NCBI RefSeq assembly: GCF_009914755.1
Contig: NC_060944.1
Reading direction: 5' to 3' (one strand)
DNA from: the human T2T-CHM13v2.0 reference genome, Homo sapiens
Length of the DNA: 64,000 nucleotides
Shown here: positions 1-13,924 of the stretch, one piece after another
How the letters are laid out: each line of letters starts with the position of its first letter
How positions within the stretch are numbered: position 1 is the first letter of the stretch
Translations under genes and position numbers: made by a program
The notes under the pieces: generated by a model
Database searches by the model: none
What the model saw: only the letters and a program-made list of their open reading frames with translations
What the model was told of the DNA's origin: nothing

Positions 1-117
1 GCTGGAACCTTGATCTTGGATTTCCCAGCCTCCAGAACTGTAAGCAATACAATTGCATTGCTTAAAAATTACCCAGTCTAAGGTATTTCGTTATAGAATG
101 CTGAAGGGACTAAGACA
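1..117 (+). mobile_element. MaLR LTR 3' end (MLT1A-C/MST-like), cut by the window edge
   Basis: CCAGCCTCCAGAACTGT...CCCAGTCTAAGGTATTT...GACTAAGACA terminus typical of MLT1/MST LTRs. Confidence 0.8.
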
Positions 118-139
118 CTGGCACAACACTTTCCAGTAC

Positions 140-255
140 GTTCTATTTTTACAGACAAGAACATGGAGGTTCAGTGAGGTTACATTATCTGCCCAAGTGA
201 CCATGGAATCAGACTGAAATTTAACTTTAGCAGTGTCTGACTCAGAGCCTACATT
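140..255 (-). mobile_element. MIR fragment (one of many; others near 655, 2370, 2520, 9690, 10570, 12000, 13140, 16310, 19160, 24580, 30200, 30860, 34440, 43830, 46500, 58200-58530)
   Basis: Degenerate MIR core TTTTACAGA...GAGGTTCAGTGAGGTTA...GCCCAAG. Confidence 0.7.
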
Positions 256-795
256 CTCCCCATACATTTTGGTATTTATCTTCAAAAGGTATGAATATCT
301 CTATACAGGGGCCACACCACAGGGAAGACCAACCAAAAGGACAATATAAGGGACTGTCTCTGAAGAGGAAGACCTCCAATGCCCTTTCATGGGTTCTCAA
401 AAACACCTGGGGTCTGAGTCTGATCAGTACTTTGAAATCCTGCTGCTCAGGGGTTTCTGCATTAGGTAACTGTACTCCCCAACCACAAAGCCTCTCCATG
501 ACCTTCTTCCCTGCCCCAGTCAAGGCAGAACTTGGCTTGGAAGGGAGCTCAGTGAAGACTGGGCAATAGGTGACCTGAGATTTGGGGCAGAACGGCCAGA
601 AATCATCACAGGCACCACGCATGACTACGAGTACCAGGCACTATCACCCATACCACCCCATTATCACTCCCATTTTACACTTAAGAAAACTAAAGCACAG
701 AAACCTGAGTCCCTTGTCTGAGGCACATAACATGTATGCAGCTGATCCAGAATTTTGTTCTTTCTTCCTGGACCTGCATCAATACAGAGTGAAAC

Positions 796-945
796 AAAAT
801 TTAAACATCAGTTCCTCAGGTGCACTGTCTACATTTCAAGTGCTCAGTGGTCACATGTGGCCAGTGGCTATAGTGGGTAACATATTGAGTAGGTCAGGTC
901 TAAGAATATTTCCACCATTGCACAAAATTCTATTGAATAGTGCTG
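796..945 (-). mobile_element. MER3-like hAT-Charlie MITE
   Basis: CAGTTCCTCAG...ACATTTCAAGTGCTCAGTGGTCACATGTGGCCAGTGGCTA...TTCTATTGAATAGTGCTG matches the MER3 reverse complement. Confidence 0.75.
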
Positions 946-3181
946 ATAAGGGCTGCTTTGAGGTCCTGGGGGAGCAAAAGAGCCTCGGTGATTATCTAAA
1001 TTTTCTCTATGCCCCTCACCCACTGTCCCAAATCTTTTCATTAAAAAAAAAAAAAAAAAAACAGTGGCAAATAAACCTAATTAATCTGAGGGGGAAATAT
1101 ATATAATTAATCCAGAAGGGAGAAGGGAAACCATTTTTGTACCTGTTTATGTTCACTTGATAAACAGAGGAAAGCTAATGCCTCTGTAGTTCCAGAAGAG
1201 TCCACAGGGGAATTGGAATCTCTTATCTTAGCCCCCCGCAGAGCGTCAGGCCTGAGATCAAAGCAGATCTGTGCATGTCATTACTGCATATCCTCCCCTT
1301 CCCTCCTACATTTTCAAGTCTTCTTGGTTCAGAAGAATGGCCTACATTAGCCTGCCCGTAAAAAGTGAAGCCTTTATTTCACAACAATACTAATAAGTAA
1401 AAGCAAAATAGCAGCAGCTAGATGTCCAGCTCCCTTTCCAGACACCTCCCAGATATAAACGCATGATGTGCGATACAGAATTGCAGAGGTCTTGGCGGTT
1501 CTCTGGTCCAAATTTCCATCTATAAAATTTATGCCAAGCCATTGTGTCCTTAAACTTGAATTAATTTGAATGTCTCTAGCAGTGTGTGTGTCTGTGTGGT
1601 GTGTGCGGTACCTGAGACCTCCCAAAGAAGACAACTCTATTTTGATACCTACAAATGTCACAATAGAGGACTTTTTTGGATACATCTTTTACGTTGTATC
1701 CAAATTTGCCTTTTTGTGGCCACTGCCCATTTCTCTTGGATCCCTCTTTGGGGACCTAAAGAACAAGTCCAGGGCCACATGTCAGTAGATGTGAAGACAA
1801 GACTTAGGACCCCTTGAGCCTTCCTCTCTGGGTCTCTCTCCTGATGGTCTCAAGGTGTGGCTTCAATACCTCTCTCCCTGGCAGCTTCCTCCCTTCGTGT
1901 GTTCAGTTGCACCTGCCCACCTCCTGTTGAGAGATGGACAGCCCCACTTGAGTCCCAGCCTGTAGGGGAATGGAAACAACCCTCTCCACCACCAGGACCC
2001 ATAAGTGAAGGCATTTGGGAGCTCACACCTTCAGAAGCTGCCACACCAAACTGCCCTGTCATCCGCACAGGGACTCCCACCCACTGTGCATCTGCTTCTG
2101 GACTCCTTCCTGGTTTCTCATAATAAAGTCCAGGTTGGGAAGGAGCAATGTTAATTAGTTACAAGTTGAAAGCTATTACCATAATAATGAAAAGATGAGT
2201 AAATGCACAATCTCCTTCTTTCACAGAGGTATTTACAAAAGAAAGATTAATAAGGTAATTTTACCTCCAAATCTGCAAGGAGCTCAGCAGATGAAGCACA
2301 GAGAAGATGGGAAGGTGGAGGCAGATGCTAAGGTCATCAGGAAGGAGGGAGGGTATCCCTGCTCTACAGAAAAACACTGAGCGCAGTGACCTTAAGTAAC
2401 TCTCAAGGTCATGCAGCAAGTGGTGGAGCTGGAATTGAAACCCCGGAACATCCAACCCCGGCCCTAGAGCTCTCGCTCCTGACCACCCTGCTGCCTCTCA
2501 CCGCACTACGCCTTCACCTTCATAATCCCAATATTGGGTAGTGGGTACTGGCCCCATTTTATAAAGGGGAAGACTGAGGCTCAGAAGAATAACTCATTTG
2601 CCCCAGCCACACAGCCAGAGAAGCTCTAAGAGTCTGGGTCCGGGGGCCTCTGCCCTGGAGCTCATGCTCTTTCCTGACTGTGTGTTCCATTCTAGAAGAA
2701 ATCTGTCTTTCCTGACCCACAGAAAGAACCATCCAAGGAAGTCCCAGATGGGGGTACACAAAAGTGATTTCCTCAGGCAGCCAGGTCACAATAGCTTCTC
2801 AGTACAAGAGCCCAGACTTTGGCATAAAGTTCAGGACCAAAACGCACCTAGAAGGAAAGAGGGAAACCCCCTCCCTTTGATGCATCTTGTAGAGGCAGGG
2901 ATGGCTGAAACTAACCAGGAGCTGAGCCCTATTCACGAATGCTACTGCTGTTACCTGCCTGGTATGTGTTGTAGGCTGGGGAACACGGGAATGCCTGGTG
3001 TGGCTACTGCAGAAAAAGTCAGGACTCTCCAAACTCCTACAGTCCTCCAAGGGCAAACGAACCTTCCAGGAGGTGGAATTAAATAAAGCTGAGAGATGAT
3101 GTCTTCACTAATTAAAAAAAAAAAAAATTAAACAGCCTCAGGATTCAGAAACTGAAAGGAGAGAAAGCCCTAATCCTAATA

Positions 3182-3257
3182 TTAGGCTGGTGCAAAAGTA
3201 ATTGCAGTTTTTGCCATAAAAACAGCAAAAACTGCAATTACTTTTGCACCAACCTAA
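3182..3257. mobile_element. MADE1 (Hsmar1-derived palindromic MITE; source family of miR-548)
   Basis: TTAGGCTGGTGCAAAAGTAATTGCAGTTTTTGC...GCAAAAACTGCAATTACTTTTGCACCAACCTAA, flanked by TA TSD. Confidence 0.95.
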
Positions 3258-3907
3258 TATTTCAAAACCGTGAACACAGATGTTAGAGGCAAATAAATTC
3301 ACAGTAGAATGAAAAAGTCCAAAAAACACTAATGCTCCACCTCTCCTGTTGACCAAACCCAAGGAATTCCCCACTTCAGCACTCCGGAACTGGGTTTTGT
3401 CTGTGCTTAGCTAGGATTACTTGCTGGAGAGGGGGGTCCCTGTCTGTCCCCACAACGCCTGCCTTCACCCCTACCTCAACCCCACCCCCACCTTTTCCTC
3501 AGCATGTCCAATCTCTACCTATGCTTCAACACTTATTAGTAACAATGCTGGGATTAGGGGACTCACCCACTAATTCTACCCACCTCCAGTGCAATGTGTA
3601 GAGGAGTCACAGCAGAATAAACAGAGACAAAGGAAAATACAGCACTACTTCCCGGTTGGCTGGGCTTGGGCACCCAACTGCAACTCTGAAACCTCAGGGA
3701 AGTGAGAACAGGCCCCTCGTAGTGCCCCAGCCCCTCAGCAGTCCAGACCAAAGGAGGCTGGCCCAGCACACCAAGCCATGAACACACCTGAGGGTCTGCA
3801 AGAACACTCCCGCCTCGAAACCACCCAGGAAGTGGATCCAGGCCTTACCAAGAGCACTTGGATACTTTAGAGTGTCTGGAGGTCTGTGTTTTCTCAACTC
3901 TCTGTAT

Positions 3908-4078
3908 CAGAGGTCAGCAAAAGGCTTCTGTAAAGGACCAGAGAGTAAATATTTCAGAATTTGTGGGCCATACGGTCTCTGCGGCAACTGCTCAACTCTG
4001 CTACTACAGCACAAAAGACAATAAAACTTTATTTACAAAAACAGGTGGTAAGTTGGACGTGGTCAGGGTCTGGTCCCT
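3908..4078 (-). mobile_element. MER58A with internal deletion
   Basis: GTAAATATTT...GTGGGCCATACGGTCTCTG...CTCAACTCTGC...AATAAAACTTTATTTACAAAAACAGG. Confidence 0.8.
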
Positions 4079-4810
4079 GCCACGCTGTCATTTTCTGGCC
4101 TCTGTTCTAGAGGACAAGAGTTCTGTCTGATTCATCCTTGTTTTTGCCTTTCAACACTGTGGGTATTTCATAATCCTTTGCGGAAGGAAGAGAGGAAATT
4201 TGTTTTCAAAAACCAGATGAACAAAGGTAACTACTGAGACCTGATATGTCCTAAGGTATGCTTGGATGTCAAAGCTAAAAGATTAAGTGCAAAGAAGTTC
4301 CCAACAGTTTAAGAAAACAGAATTTGGAATCCACTGAGCAAGGTTAATTACTCTTCTGTGTCAATTTTTTTCCACACTTACAGCAAGCCACTTAGTTGAG
4401 GAAAATTCCAGATAAAGCACCATTATTCAAAATGTACATGGCATCACCATAATGTCCAAGACTGATTTCATGCTCCTGTCTGGAAGCTGAGGATGGAAAG
4501 GAGTTTGCCCTGAACCATAAACATACACTGGATACCATCCCTGGACCAGCAATCACACACCAGTAACACTCATTCCCCTGGGCACCAGGGAGTCTGTCCC
4601 AGCATCAGTGAGGGGCCCAAATCTAAGGACAAAGGCAAATGCAGCTGGAGAAAAAACTCCTTCTTGAATGCTTCCTTCAGAGTCAGCAAAGAAAAAGCAA
4701 CAAGATTATATTTTATGTATTATGAAACTGAATGAGCTGGTCATGTAAATCACTTGTTGCTTTAAAAAAAATTTTGTTTTGCTATGTATTTTCCTCACTG
4801 TGTATCCTGG

Positions 4811-4965
4811 TGTCTCACTGTGTATCACTGCCCCAGCTGGAGTGCAGTGCTTATTCACAAGTGGGATCATGGCATACTACAACTTTGAACTCCTGGGCAG
4901 AAGTGATCCTCTTGCTGCAGACTCTAAAGTAGCTGGGACTGCAGATATGCACCACTATGCCCAGC
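4811..4965 (-). mobile_element. FAM (fossil Alu monomer)
   Basis: Single monomer keeping the 7SL-like segment GCTGGAGTGCAGTGCTTATTCACAAGTGGGATCAT (reverse complement of ATGATCGCGCCTGTGAATAGCCACTGCACTCCAGC), which dimeric Alus lack. Confidence 0.75.
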
Positions 4966-6159
4966 TTTATTTTTAGATTGCCTTCCCAAAAAAGGAGAAA
5001 AATGCAACCTGGTCCATATTATTCAATTTTGATGGGAGGAATAACTGTCCTCAAATTTGTCATAAGGTTTTGTAGGATGTAGGGTGGAGGCAGAAGAGAA
5101 GAAAGAGAAAATTTAATTTTGTGTTTAAGAATTTACAAAAAAAACCCCATGAATTCCAAAGATTAAATTCTACAGCTCACAATGGAATAAAATCTGAAGT
5201 TAGCTATGAAAGGTTAGATATTTAAAAACTCAATCCCACTCAAAAACCTTAAAACAATAGGCTAACCTATTTCATTAAGGAGGAAGTAAAATATAATTAC
5301 AGACTAGGTAGGAAGATGGAGAAAAAATACCATTTAAGACTTTCAGGTTGCAGTTAAAGCTGTATTCAAACAAAAATACATACCTGACTTTTCCTATTAA
5401 GTTAGAATGAAAATTTAAAAAAATGGTCAATCAACTTATAAGTTTAAAAAATACAGAAATGCAGGAAAATGAATTAATAAACTGAAAAGAATGTTTAATA
5501 AATCTGAAATTTTCTAAGTGATAGGATTGATTCATATAATAGCTGGTTCTTTTCAAAAGACCATAAAATACATAAATCTTTGGCAAGAGGGAAAAACATA
5601 AACATACAACATTAGAAATTGACTAGGTGAATTGCCAAATTCAATTCTTCTTTCATTCTGCAAATATTCATTGATCACCTGTAAAGTGGCAAAAACTGGT
5701 GACACAACAATGAATTAAGCAAAATCTTTGCTTTAGCTCCCTGTAAAGGAGAAAGATAAGTAATTGCATTTATGGCGTGTTATGAAACATATGCAAATTT
5801 TATGAAAGACTACTATGTGAAACTATGCTAGGAAACTACATCTCCTAGAAATGCACTATTTTACAGGAAAATATAAAATCAAAACTGATTTGACTACATA
5901 AATAACCGTTATTCTAAAACTTAAATATTTATCAAATTTGCCTTCAAAAACTGTGCAATGACAGGTGGCTTCGCAGGCTACTTCTGAAAAGCCTTCAGGG
6001 AACTGATGATTCTGGTGCTTCATAAACTGATCTACAGCCAAAGCAAGAGAGAGGGATCTCGTGCACTTTAAGCCACCAGTAAAACCCTACTACCAAGCTA
6101 AAGTGGGACAAAGCAAAGGACAAAACAGCTTCACTTTGGGATGTTAAAGCTAAAATTGA

Positions 6160-6835
6160 ATACAAGTCTACAGTCTTATCCAGAATTCTGAAAGTGAAAA
6201 AGTTCTGAAACCTGTTTTTTTTTGTTTGTTTTTCATAAGTCATCTGGTGGCAATGGCCTGTGCTGTCCACACTCCCCTCTCTTCCACATAACCCTCATTG
6301 GGTGCACCTATGACAGAGGCATACAGGAACGTAAAATCTCCAGCTTCCTTGTTCCAATAGAGACAGCCCTAAAGAGTCACCTATACTATTTCCAGAACTC
6401 CCTTGTGCAACTGAGCTAGAGTCACCTTCTGTGGGACTCTGCGTGATATCATACCCTTGTTGGTCTCCTTCTCTTCCATCTGTTTTTCCTGAGAACACTT
6501 CTGAATCAACCATTCTCACATGAACCCTTGTCTGGGGGTCTGCTGCTGGGAAACCCATCGTAAGACAGTAAAAAAATCTGACCTAAACTGCTTCTGTGGC
6601 TACACCTGACCTGAGCCTATTTATAGCATTATTTATCTGACTTAGCTTTGCAGTCATATGTTTGGCTGCATAAATATTAACATGTTTGATTAAGGAGCAC
6701 TTCCTCAGACTCCACTGGGGTTGTTACATAACATTCACAATATACGTATCATATTACCTCCCTAAAATCTAATAAAATACGAATTACAAACATATTTCGC
6801 CCAAAGGGTTTCAGACAAGGGATTAAGGAGCTGTA
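6160..6835 (+). mobile_element. MER96B-like DNA transposon split by an LTR16-type LTR
   Basis: Ends CTTATCCAGAATTCTGAAA... and ...AAGGGTTTCAGACAAGGGATTAAGGAGCTG resemble MER96B termini. Confidence 0.55.
6254..6567 (+). mobile_element. LTR16-family (ERVL) LTR fragment
   Basis: 3' end CCTTGTCTGGGGGTCTGCTGCTGGGAAACCCATCGTAAGACA typical of LTR16. Confidence 0.65.
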
Positions 6836-8320
6836 TAAAATACTAGTAGATCAAATCTAGCACTATATTAAAGGAATAAAAACCATAGACAATTAAAGTT
6901 AATTACAACAATGGTTTAATATTTAGAAATTTAGTCATACAATTTGTAAAAATAATAGGTCAATTGAGTAAAACCACATGACAATCTCAACATTCGTTCC
7001 TGATATAAAAATAACCTAGAAATAGCATGCGAGTTCCTCAAAATGATTAAGAATATTTATCTGAAAAAACAGTCATCATACTTAATAAAATTGCAGGAGC
7101 ATTATAATTAAATCAGAAAAAAGGATATCTGCTATGATTATTTAACTTCATTCTAGAATTTATAGCACAAGCAAAGCAATAAAAATAAAAGAGCTATAAG
7201 CATTTAAAAAGAGAAAACAGAAGTATCATTATGTGTAGATGACATTATTGTCTACCTTCAAACCCAAGAGCATAACTGAAAACTGTTGGAAATGATAAAA
7301 GATTTTTAGTATAGGAGCCAGATATAAAATATGTGCCTAAAACCACATCTATTTATACGAGCAATAGCCAATTAGAAAATATAACGGAAACATTTAACCC
7401 ATATACAAAAGAAATACAGATAAATAAAAAATAAACAAGAAATATGCAAGACCTAAAAAAAGAAAACTCTTAAACTCCACTGAAGGGCATAACACAAGCG
7501 ATTTGAGTAAATGCCAGGAGGTATCTTGTACTTAGATAAGAGAAATCAACACTGTGAAAATGCCTGAGATCTCTAACTTAATCTATAAATCCAACGCAGA
7601 GCCAACCAAAGTTCAAACAAGATTTGAGGGGAGCACCTGACAAAATTACTCTAAAGTTTTTCTGGGAGAATAAAAATGCAAAAATGCCTGGGAAACTTTT
7701 GAGATTTTAGAGTACTGGGGGAATAATCCTCTCCAATATGAAAACATATCATAGCTACAGTAGTAAACAAGATAGCATCACTGTATGGATAGACATAAAT
7801 GAAAGCTAATTAGACCCAAAAATACATATTATTCTGGTTGCATGTCCTGTAAGTAGAAAACACATGAATTATTCAGTAAGAGGTATTAGGACAACTAGCT
7901 ATCTTCTTGAAATAAAATGATAAAAAAAACACAAAATCTCTATCTCACTCCTTACACCAAAATAAGGGCCTGATATGGTAAAGATTTAAATTTATAAAAG
8001 GAAGAGAGGAAAGGAAGAAGGGAGGGAAGGAAAGAAAACCATAAAAGCACCAGAAAAAAAAGAAAGTATATTTTATGAGAGTGAGGAAGGCCTTTCTGAT
8101 GATGCCATGAAGATGAAAAATCAATAACATACTGATAAATTTCATCACATAAAAATTTAAAAACAAATAAAAAACTTATTGTGACCAAAAATAAAAACCC
8201 AAAATCAAGTAAAAAGAAAACCACCAGCTGAGAAAAAAACTACTGCAACATAAATGATAAAGAAAGAACTAATAGTTCTGGTGTCCAAAGACCATTTACA
8301 AATAAAAAAGAAGAAAACCA

Positions 8321-8745
<425 letters not shown>

Positions 8746-9502
8746 TTACCTCACTAATAACTGAATGCTAATCAAAAAATGTTTTCATCTATGCAGTAAG
8801 AAGATAAAAAAGACTGATGAAAACCAGTGCTGGGAATGGAAGATAAAAACTACAACTCTTTTAGATAGCTGTTTGTCAATATTTAGAATTATGACTATCA
8901 ATCATAAAATACCTAAAAGATATATACCTCACACGGCCAATATGGTTGCCAACAGAGCAGAACTGGGGAGGAAGGACAAAATTATTCACTATATATACTT
9001 ATAAAACAATAAATATTTTTAAAATACACGAAATTATAACAGCCAATACTTACTAGCTGCTTGGCATATGCCAGACTCCGTGTTATAAGGCACTTTACCT
9101 GCACATACCCGCACCCCCTCACAACCCATTGTTCTACTTTCCCCAGAATGACAGAGCTCCCTCGCTGTCCTTGGTCCTGAAACATGGGACTACCTGCTAA
9201 CACTTCCTCCTCTTGTCAGAAGAGGACCAAAGAGGAAGCGCCGGTTTGTCTCTTCTTTCCTTGCCAACCCTTCCAGAAGAAGCATTGTGAATAAAATTGT
9301 TGAGAGCTAGACCTGCCTGAGGCCATGTCTGGGTAGCCATGGCTGATTTTCCTTTGCTTCAAAAGCTGTGTCTCCCTGTGCCCATTCATGATTCCTGAGG
9401 ATACAGTGGGAATTCCCTGCTTCCTGCCTCCACTCCATTCCTCATTCAAAGACTGTCTGTTGGGAAATAATTCGAACCTGGAACATTTAGCATTCTTTTG
9501 CC

Positions 9503-9686
9503 CAGTGTTTCCCAAATTGTGGCACCCCGACCAGCAGCATCTGCATCACCTGGGAGCGTGTGAGAAATCAAATTCTTGGATCCACCCCGGACCTACTAAA
9601 TCAGAAACTCCATGCATAGAGCCCAGCAATCTGCGGTTTAACAAGCCCTGCATGTGATTCTAATATAGCTAAAGTTTGAGACCGTC
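9503..9686 (+). mobile_element. MER5A hAT MITE
   Basis: CCAGCAGCATCTGCATCACCTGGGAG...AATCAGAAACTC...GCCCAGCAATCTG...AACAAGCCC. Confidence 0.85.
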
Positions 9687-10277
9687 TCCAATCACTTACG
9701 AGTGAAGAAAACTAAGACTCGGAGAGCTTAAGTGACTTGCTTCAGACCTGCAGCTAGAATGTGCCAGGGCTGGGATCTGAACTCAGATCTTTCTGTTTGG
9801 CAAACCATGGTCATACACACTGTGCTATAGTACTTTTTAATGTATTGCTTGTGTGGTATAAATTCAGGGAATACAAATTTTCTTTTAAAACTACAAATAA
9901 TGTTCTTAAATGTTGTTATAATTAGCTTTAGCATTGGCTTTTTAAAATTTATGAAGGTGACAACAGAGCAGAAAATTATGCTAATCTTATCTCCTTTCAT
10001 TTAACTCCATCTACATCACAGGACTCCTGTGTGTGGACAACAGGGACAAGTCCGCCCTGTCTCCCCAAAGCCAGCAACATTGAGTTGTAGGAAAGTACCT
10101 ATAAGAGCCTTGCCAGCCTTGGGTGATGGCCATAACGTGCCACCTACTTCCCTTAGATTATCGTACAAGGGCTACCTCTTCCAAGAACCATTTTCGGCTG
10201 GAAAGTAAACCTACCCAACCTATGGTGAGCAAATGTGGTGTTTACTGTCATGCCAAATATTCTTGTTGTCATGCCAA

Positions 10278-10498
10278 CAAGTGTTGGCAAGCTGCAGTCC
10301 ACAGGCCAAATATGGCCCACTAGCTTTTTTTGTAAATAAAGTTTTATTGGAACATAGCTAAGCTTATTTGTTTATGTATTATCAATGGCTGCTTTCATGC
10401 TACACTGGGAAAATTGAGTACATGAGGCGGAAATATGTCCCACAAGGCCTAAAATATTTACAACCTGTCACTTTACAGATAATGTTTACTGACCCTTG
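10278..10498 (+). mobile_element. MER58A
   Basis: TGTAAATAAAGTTTTATTGGAACA...GCCTAAAATATTTAC...GTTTACTGACCCTTG. Confidence 0.85.
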
Positions 10499-11276
10499 GT
10501 CTAAATGGTTGTCACTCAAATCGAAAGAGAACAGATTTTTGCATGCCTGAACTCAAGTTCTAGGACTGACATGTACCAGAATCTGATGTTCAGAAAGTTC
10601 TTTACCCTCCCTGAGCCTCAATTTCCCCATTTGTACAAAAGCTGCTCCACTGAACTGTGGTGATGGTTAGATGGAACAAGACATGTTAAAGGCCTGGTGC
10701 ACAGCAGGTGCTCATTACGGGCTATTTTCCTCCCTTCACCTACTTAGGTACAGAGATTCCTAAAGACCAGTGGTGTCATAGCTCCAGCACATAGTAGGTA
10801 CATTGTTTATTGAGGGCCAATTCCCTTTGTAAATTCAGAATGCAGAGGCTCTGCAAAGCCTGTAGGCTGCAATTTAAAATGTCTCATCGTCCAGTGATCC
10901 AGGCGATAATTTACTAACCAGGCAGCACACTTAGACACTATACATCATCTCCTAAAGCCAAACTTGTCCTGCCCAGAGCCAACAGTCAGCTCTGGCTTGA
11001 AAATGAAAAATGGGCTCCTGGGGATAGCAGATCCCGGCTGAAGAAGGGAAAGAGAAAGGGGCAAAATGGCAAAACTCTGTTCCCACAGATCTCTGCCTCA
11101 GGAAGAGTCCCCCCCTTGGTGACCTTAGAATCTTTCACAAGCAGAGGTTTTATAACTCTCAGCTGCCTCAGAACAGAGAGCTCAATCTGTCTCTCTTCTT
11201 GGTCAAACACAAGAGCAGCCACACAAGGAAAGTTGCCTTGGACCTAGGTAGTGAGAAGGGCATTCTTCCACCCACC

Positions 11277-11371
11277 CTCCCACCCGCCATCTCTCCTCCC
11301 ACCCGCCATCTCTCCTCCCACCCACCATCTCTCCTCCCACCCACCATCTCTCCTCCCACCTGCCATCTTTC
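11277..11371. repeat. 19-bp minisatellite, 5 copies (CTCCCACCCRCCATCTCTC)
   Basis: Units start at 11277, 11296, 11315, 11334 and 11353. Confidence 0.95.
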
Positions 11372-13924
11372 CAATATTTCCTCTATCCCAAGCGCTAATG
11401 GTTTATGCCACTCTCTCCTTCCAATTTGAGCTTCTGGCATCTCAGATCATCTCAACTGTGGTTTTGTGCCACATCTTTGCTATTCTCCTCCTATTTTGCC
11501 TGTACTCCAACCATGTTACCATCCATATGTAGAATCATCAATTTTCAGTGCCAAGTATCCTATTGCCCGGTGTACTGGGCAATAGCCCATGGTCACATGT
11601 GGCCCATCTGAATCACAGAAAGGATAGAGACAACCTGTAAGCACTGGATGAGATAAACACATTGTGCCTCTGGCTTCCAGGACTCTGGTCTTAATGAAAA
11701 GGAAGCCTTCTTTTGCCAGAGCGAGGTGCACCAGATGCCAGGAACCTGGTCCCCTGCAAGGTGAAGTGCTGATTGCAAATACACTGTATCTGGCAGGGGT
11801 GTGAGAGGCTAGCAAATGACGCCCTCCCTCAGCCCTCAGGGAGGCATTGGGAACATCCTTTGATGGGTTAATTGTACTGATTAATTTCAGTACAAAAGGT
11901 AGAAAAGTGAAGAGCTCCATATCCTGAGAAAAAAAGAAAGACAAAAAGACAAGAGGGTGAGGAATTAGGGCAAGAAGGAAAGAAAAAAAAATAAGCAATA
12001 GTTAGTATTAACAGATTTTATTGTGTGCTAGATATAAGCTAAATAATTTGTCTGAATTATCCTGTTCAATCCTCATAATCTTTGAGGAAGATTTGAATGT
12101 TGACCCTGTTTTACAAATGAAGAAATCAGGTCTCAGAGAGCAGAACTCATTTTCCTAAGGTTACACAGCCTACATGCAGCCAACCCCGCCTTGAGCCTTT
12201 CTGCCTCTGAGCTTCACAATCCTAACCCGCTTCATTCCTTTGCACGGAAGTAGGTTAAAGTTCAAGGACAGGCCAGGAAACAGGCACAGAGACCCCAGGC
12301 CACAGACTTGCAAAATTATCCAGTCCAGCCTTCCTATTTAACAAATGGGTAAACTGAGGTCTGAGGCAAGAATATGACCTTTTGAGGGTCACCCAGTGAG
12401 TCATCAGCCTGAATACTGTGAAGAAGATGATTTTTTAATAAAGTGCTTTCACATCACAAGGCTGGGAAGTGGGTAAGAATTCTCAGATTCAGCGCTTCTT
12501 TCTCCTTCCTCTGTCTGCTTATCCCACCACAGAGAACAGCTGATATGCCCAAGTCTGGTCTCTTGTGATGCTGGCCTAAGGGAGTCCCAGGGCTCGTTCA
12601 ATGGACAGACACCCAGGAGAAGTGTCTGCGAGATGGCATCATTGTGGTTCAAGTGGTCCAAGGCAGATGGAGCAGGACCCTGGAGAGCAGCAACAATCCA
12701 GCCGCCAGCCTGAGAAAATGATTAGGCTGAATTTGGAGCACCTGCCAGCCTTGGGTCCTGGCAGGAGACCAGAAAACAAATCCAGGAAGCCCAGCAGAAG
12801 GGCAAATCCACAGGTGGGCAGGGGCTGGGAGAAGACAGAAGGCAAGTCTGACCAGAGGGCAGTTGACCAGGAGTGGCCACCTGCATACATGGGGCTTAGG
12901 GCAGCCTGGAAGGCTGGTGGTGATAGTGTCCGCCAGGGAGACTGGCCAGGGAAGGTTACAGTTTCCCCCTCTCCAGGAAGACTTGCACAGTGGAGAGTGG
13001 GCTGCAAAGCTACTAATCCTTTCCAATGTGTCACTCCTGCTGCGATCAGTACATTTTAAGGTCCTCAGAAACAAACTTCATAACGTACTGAAAAGGGGAC
13101 TGAAAGAGGAACATTTCCCTCTTTTCAGAATTGCCAACACAGATGGCATGGATTCAAGTCCGGCCTCAGCACCTCCCTGCCGCATGCCCTTGTTACTGAG
13201 GCAGCCCCTTCAAGCCTGTGCCACTCCACCTGTAAAACGGGGACACTGATAGCACCTACCTCAAAGCACTGTCAGGAGGACTAAATGCACCAAGGTGTGT
13301 AAGACGCTCAGCACAGGGTTCTTCTCATCCTAAGTAGTAGACAGCCAGTGTAGTGCACGGTGCAGACAACTCAATAAAATATTATTGAACAGATTAAAAC
13401 TTTCACACAGAATTCATTTAACTTGTTAAAGCAAGGAAGTGTGCAGCTGCAGTGTAAAGGCTTTTTGCTTTTAACTACTCAAAATCAAATTGGTATTCCA
13501 CTCTCCTATCCCTGCACTCAACGCTAAGGTTATTTGGCAGGTCTGGCATATGACTACTTAAGATGGGGTAACAGCCTCTAATTAAGCCTTAAAATGTCAC
13601 TGTAAGACGGGCAGACAGGAAGGAACATCTCCTCAGGAAAACATTTCTGGGCCAGGCTTGGGCCAAAGAGCTGTCAATCAAGAGATTATTATGTTTCAGA
13701 GTTTTACACCCAAACAAATGTTGAGATCCAGGAGGGAGGATCCTTGAGGATAATTTCTTTTAGAAACAGAGCACCCAAGTCCAAAGGGTAGAGGATTTGG
13801 CCCAGATCCCCTGAGTTAGTAGCATTCCTTCCATAATACCTCTTCTCCCTAAAATTCCTCCCTTCAGTTAATTTCATTAGAGCTAACTGGTACTGACACA
13901 GCCTCCATGGGCAGATCAGATTCA

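Noticed and set aside
1611-1647. Possible 37-nt minus-strand exon (tttgtag|...CAG|gtaccg) followed by CA repeats
   Set aside because: Weak donor and pyrimidine tract, frameshifting length, no recognisable peptide
3375-3395. REST/RE1-like TTCAGCACTCCGGAACTG
   Set aside because: Right half-site (GGACAG) is broken; only a partial match
12601-13059. 152-aa plus-strand ORF with ATG start
   Set aside because: No domain or family recognisable, overlapping ORFs on both strands, no supporting splice or promoter context
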